A stretch of 64,000 nucleotides of DNA. Origin: a virus. A program made the position numbers and the translations under genes. The notes under the pieces are model-generated. The model did not search any database. It saw nothing but the letters and a program-made list of their open reading frames with translations, and was not told the DNA's origin. Positions within the stretch are counted from its first letter, which is position 1. The number at the start of each line of letters is the position of its first letter. Positions 60,668-64,000 of the stretch are shown in pieces. The DNA lies in the IMG/VR virus record IMGVR_UViG_3300045107_000413, positions 32,001 to 96,000 of that record; one strand, written 5' to 3'.

Positions 60668-62743
60668 CTATGCTCCTTCTTGCTCTTTCAAGGCGTGCGC
60701 CCCGCGCCGTTCCACATCTCCAAACAAGGCTTTGATCGTCGCTTCAAGCTGCGCCCGCGCCGCCAGTTCCTCACTGCTGCGCCGGTGTTGTGCTGCTCCT
60801 TCCTGTGGCACGGCGCGCCCATCAGCTTTTGCCAGGTGCGCGGGCGACCAGGCGACACCGGGGCGGCGCAGGTCATACGCACTTCTCGTATACGAACGCT
60901 TGAGCAGGGCCTTTGCTGTGCTTTCTGCGCCAGCCTCACCAGATGGGCTACTTCCCGCCTCACCCCCGCCTGTTGCGCTGCCTGTCGCGTCTGCCTGCGC
61001 GGCGGAGGTAGCGGCTCCATCATCGGACTTGCCCATGTCATCATCACTGGCGTCATCACTGCTAATGCCCTCGTCGCTATCTGCGTCGATGCCACCGGAG
61101 GCGTCCTGTGTGCCAACGGGCGGGGCATAGGCACCGTAATCTCCGTCATAGGAAAGCCAGGGAATTGGGCCATTCTTCGAGGGGACGTAGTAGGTGTTGC
61201 CGCCAGGAACGGGTTCCTCCCCGCGCATGAGCAGCATTTGATTAAGCGTCGCGGCAGGAAGGCCCGCCAATCCGTCTTTGGCAATCGCCATATCACGCTC
61301 AAAATGCATGCGCCGTGCGACTTCCGAGACCTCTGGGAAGACGATGCGCAAATTGAGGCTATCAATCCCCTGTCGCCACGCCGGGCCGTATTTACGCGGC
61401 GCAAAGTCGGAGAGCAATTCCAGGTTGAGATAGACTTCAATCAAGAGCAGCAGGGGGATGTAGCCCTTGTCATTGGAGATTTCCTGCTGCGTCTGCGCGG
61501 TGGCCCGGTTGACGTCCCCGACAAAGCTGAGATCAGCCAGCGTCAGGCCGAAACACGAGGTGATCTTGTGTACCATGTACTCCTGGTAACTCATGAAGAG
61601 TTGGTCGCTCATGGAATAGATGACGGGCAGCACCTGCGCCGCCTGCGGCCCGCCTAAAAACATCAGTTCGCGCCGCCCGGCAATCTCGCTTTCATAGATG
61701 CTCTGCAATTGCCGGATTTGCTGCGTCGAGGCACCGGGCAGGTTGACGATATTAGGCGGCGGCTTGTCATCCACCATGCGCATGGCCCGCTCGGTGGCTT
61801 TCAGGTCGCTCACAATCGTATCGGCCAGCACCTGTACCGGGCCTAACCCGAAGCGGTAAGACGTGGGGTCATTGAAGGCCACAATCGCCTCGTCATTGCG
61901 TAGAGGGACTTTCTTGCCAAGCCCGCTATAGCCCGGCTCCTGGTAGAGATAGCGCGGCTCGGCAGGGTCGCCTGACCAGGCCGGGTAAATCTTGATGTTG
62001 GCGGCGTCCTCACAGTAGATGGCCTGCGGTACCCGTCCCTTGAGCGTCATGCTCTTGGTGAGGCACCCTTGCCCAAGTGTCAAGAGGTCGCGCACGAACT
62101 CCCCGATCAGCATCGGCCACGTATCCCTGACCTCATTGGGCTGGTCAAGGAGCGCCTGTACCTGCTTCAGCACCGCCTTGTTGTAGGGCTTGCGCTCATC
62201 GGCGGGTAGCACCGCCAGGTCAGCACGCGCGACTTTGCGGGAGAGAAAGTTGAGCGCGGAATTCACCCAGACATCCCCCTCTGACCAATCTCGCAGGCGC
62301 CGCGCATTGTTGACACCGACAGGGTTGTTCTTATCCGTCTCAGTACCCGCCCAACCGGAAAGCGTGCCTTGATTGCCTCCCCGGCTCCCGCCTGTGGGGC
62401 TGGCAAGGGTCACATCAGGGCTGCGTAGGGCCGCTTGCCGCAGTTCTTCACGGGAGGCAATGTCTTGCAGGTAGTGCGCCAGTTGCGGGTACTGATGCAG
62501 GAGCCGCGAGGCATAGGTGAGGTCAGGCAGCGCGGGCGTCTTTGTGCTGAGGGCGCGTTCGTCGGCGGCGCGCTGGGCAAGGGCAAGCGCACGTGTCAAC
62601 TCTAGCCAGCCTGTGCGCAGCGCCGCGTCGTCATAGAGGGTCTGCCAGTTGACTTCTCCCCCACCGGAGGATGGCGCAATCGCTGGTTGCTGTGCCTGTC
62701 TTCGCTGCTGCTGTTTGCCCCTACGGGCATGTTTGCCGCCCAT
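60668..62743 (-). CDS. Portal protein
   Basis: LLDQPNE...VRDLLTLGQG, FGLGPV, ITSCFGL, VNRATAQ; follows terminase. Confidence 0.85.
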   Translation of the reverse strand: MGGKHARRGKQQQRRQAQQPAIAPSSGGGEVNWQTLYDDAALRTGWLELTRALALAQRAADERALSTKTPALPDLTYASRLLHQYPQLAHYLQDIASREELRQAALRSPDVTLASPTGGSRGGNQGTLSGWAGTETDKNNPVGVNNARRLRDWSEGDVWVNSALNFLSRKVARADLAVLPADERKPYNKAVLKQVQALLDQPNEVRDTWPMLIGEFVRDLLTLGQGCLTKSMTLKGRVPQAIYCEDAANIKIYPAWSGDPAEPRYLYQEPGYSGLGKKVPLRNDEAIVAFNDPTSYRFGLGPVQVLADTIVSDLKATERAMRMVDDKPPPNIVNLPGASTQQIRQLQSIYESEIAGRRELMFLGGPQAAQVLPVIYSMSDQLFMSYQEYMVHKITSCFGLTLADLSFVGDVNRATAQTQQEISNDKGYIPLLLLIEVYLNLELLSDFAPRKYGPAWRQGIDSLNLRIVFPEVSEVARRMHFERDMAIAKDGLAGLPAATLNQMLLMRGEEPVPGGNTYYVPSKNGPIPWLSYDGDYGAYAPPVGTQDASGGIDADSDEGISSDDASDDDMGKSDDGAATSAAQADATGSATGGGEAGSSPSGEAGAESTAKALLKRSYTRSAYDLRRPGVAWSPAHLAKADGRAVPQEGAAQHRRSSEELAARAQLEATIKALFGDVERRGAHALKEQEGA

Positions 62744-63473
62744 TGTCCACCTCTTCCACTTTCCATGCCCCTGATTGCACGTGCTTCAGGGTCTGGATGA
62801 GTGCGGGTATCGCTTCCCTGTCAATCAGTGTATTGCCGCCCGTATCATCACGCAGGGTAATAAGCCCATCGTCGTATTCGGGCGGGACATCCTCCACCAC
62901 AACCCAGAATGACGGGTTGACCTCAAGGATAACCTCACTCATGGTCATGCTCTCCTAGATAGGAACGCCACTCAAAGGCGGCATTTTCGAGATGCCCCAT
63001 TGCCTCAAGTAACTCCTGCGCCCCGTGCAGGATGTCCCAGTACCGCGCCCCATCCGGGCCAATCTCTTCCATGACTGCCGCAGTGCGCAGGAACGCATCG
63101 TGCAGGGGATGGAGCAACTGCTCAAAGGCATCAGGGTCACGGGGTAGTGCTAGCATGCCTGCCGCCCCTTCAAGTGTTGCCCCTGGCGCTTTATCTCCCG
63201 CCACTACCTGGGTAGCATTGCCACTCTTTTCCCATTGCAGGGGAGCGATGGGCATATCCTGTATATCCATTCTATCCTCATCCATACTTGTTAATCACAC
63301 TTGCCCCGCCAGTCCGCTCACAGGTATGCCGAAACGTGCCTCTGGCCTGTACGGGGAGCCAGTAGGTGCGGTGGCAGGAGAGGCACGTGGTCTCGATAGC
63401 GATAATGCGCCCGCCCTGCATCTGCACCCGACTCTTGCCAATCATGGTGATGGTGATAGCGTCTTTATTCTGC

Positions 63474-64000
63474 TCAGTGTCCATAGTAGGTTCCTCCCTG
63501 TATTTGACGCAATACCCGTGAGAGTTGCGCCTGTCGCTCGGCTATGCGCTGCCCTTCCTCATCATCAGGTGTCTCGTGCATGGGGGGAAGCGTCTCTGTG
63601 GCATGAGAAGAGGCGGAGACGAGGGCAATCTCTGTCCCGGCAATAGCCAGTTCTGTGATTGCCCACACCAGCGCGTCCATGCGGTTGGGGGAGGGCTTGC
63701 CAACTTCCCAGGTACATTGTTCGTCCTCTAAATAGGGCAAGTTACCCACGTGATGCGCCCTGTTCTGCTCATAGAGCGCCACGACAGGTTCTGCGCGCAG
63801 GTGCTTGCCCCGACTGGCGTGTACGGACTTGTAGGAGACGCTCTCATCAATAGTACGCAGCACGGTTTCTATCAGGTCGCCCCCGTTGTTAGCTTCCCCT
63901 ACGACGCGGTCGGCCTTGAAGAGATAATAGGCTGTGATGACCGCCTGCGCCCAATCGAGGGGCGAGCCTTTGAGGGTGTAGTCGGCCAGCACATAGGCAT
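63474..64000 (-). CDS. Terminase large subunit, C-terminal part (runs off the window)
   Basis: VVGEANNGGD, VHASRGK..RAEPV, SPNRMDALVWA. Confidence 0.92.
   Translation of the reverse strand, partial: AYVLADYTLKGSPLDWAQAVITAYYLFKADRVVGEANNGGDLIETVLRTIDESVSYKSVHASRGKHLRAEPVVALYEQNRAHHVGNLPYLEDEQCTWEVGKPSPNRMDALVWAITELAIAGTEIALVSASSHATETLPPMHETPDDEEGQRIAERQAQLSRVLRQIQGGTYYGH

Larger units (their letters stand above)
1..64000 (-). mobile_element. Tailed phage or prophage, partial, virion genes on minus strand
   Basis: Ordered terminase, portal, head, neck, tail tube, chaperone, tape measure and tail genes; many small phage-type ORFs; no housekeeping genes; no integrase or att site seen. Confidence 0.93.

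Overview
The whole window looks like part of a large tailed (siphovirus-like) phage or prophage. A host among Ktedonobacteria/Chloroflexota is an impression only and was not tested. The virion module runs on the minus strand: terminase (partial), portal, minor head, prohead protease/scaffold, major capsid, adaptor/neck, tail tube, frameshifted tail chaperone, tape measure, a multidomain tail protein and a repeat-rich fibre-like protein. It is heavily interrupted by accessory cassettes. An ~18.5-kb island between protease and capsid genes carries two RNA-based systems. (1) A nuclease-less IS110/Nop-like gene (41276-42292) is followed directly by 18 units of a ~35-nt dual-repeat/dual-spacer array (40642-41281), resembling TIGR-TasA. 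(2) A predicted operon joins a ubiquitin-like gene ending in Gly, four tandem Y-RNA-like RNAs that share one scaffold but carry different tRNA-derived modules, an HNH gene, a TROVE/Ro60-vWA gene and a ThiF/E1 enzyme (44017-50360). Also seen: a 244-nt group I intron, two GIY-YIG/NUMOD3 endonucleases (one beside a recoded duplicate of its neighbour's 5' end), two further tRNA-like elements and a 43-aa Ser/Arg peptide. All family calls come from motif recognition by eye; no database search was run.
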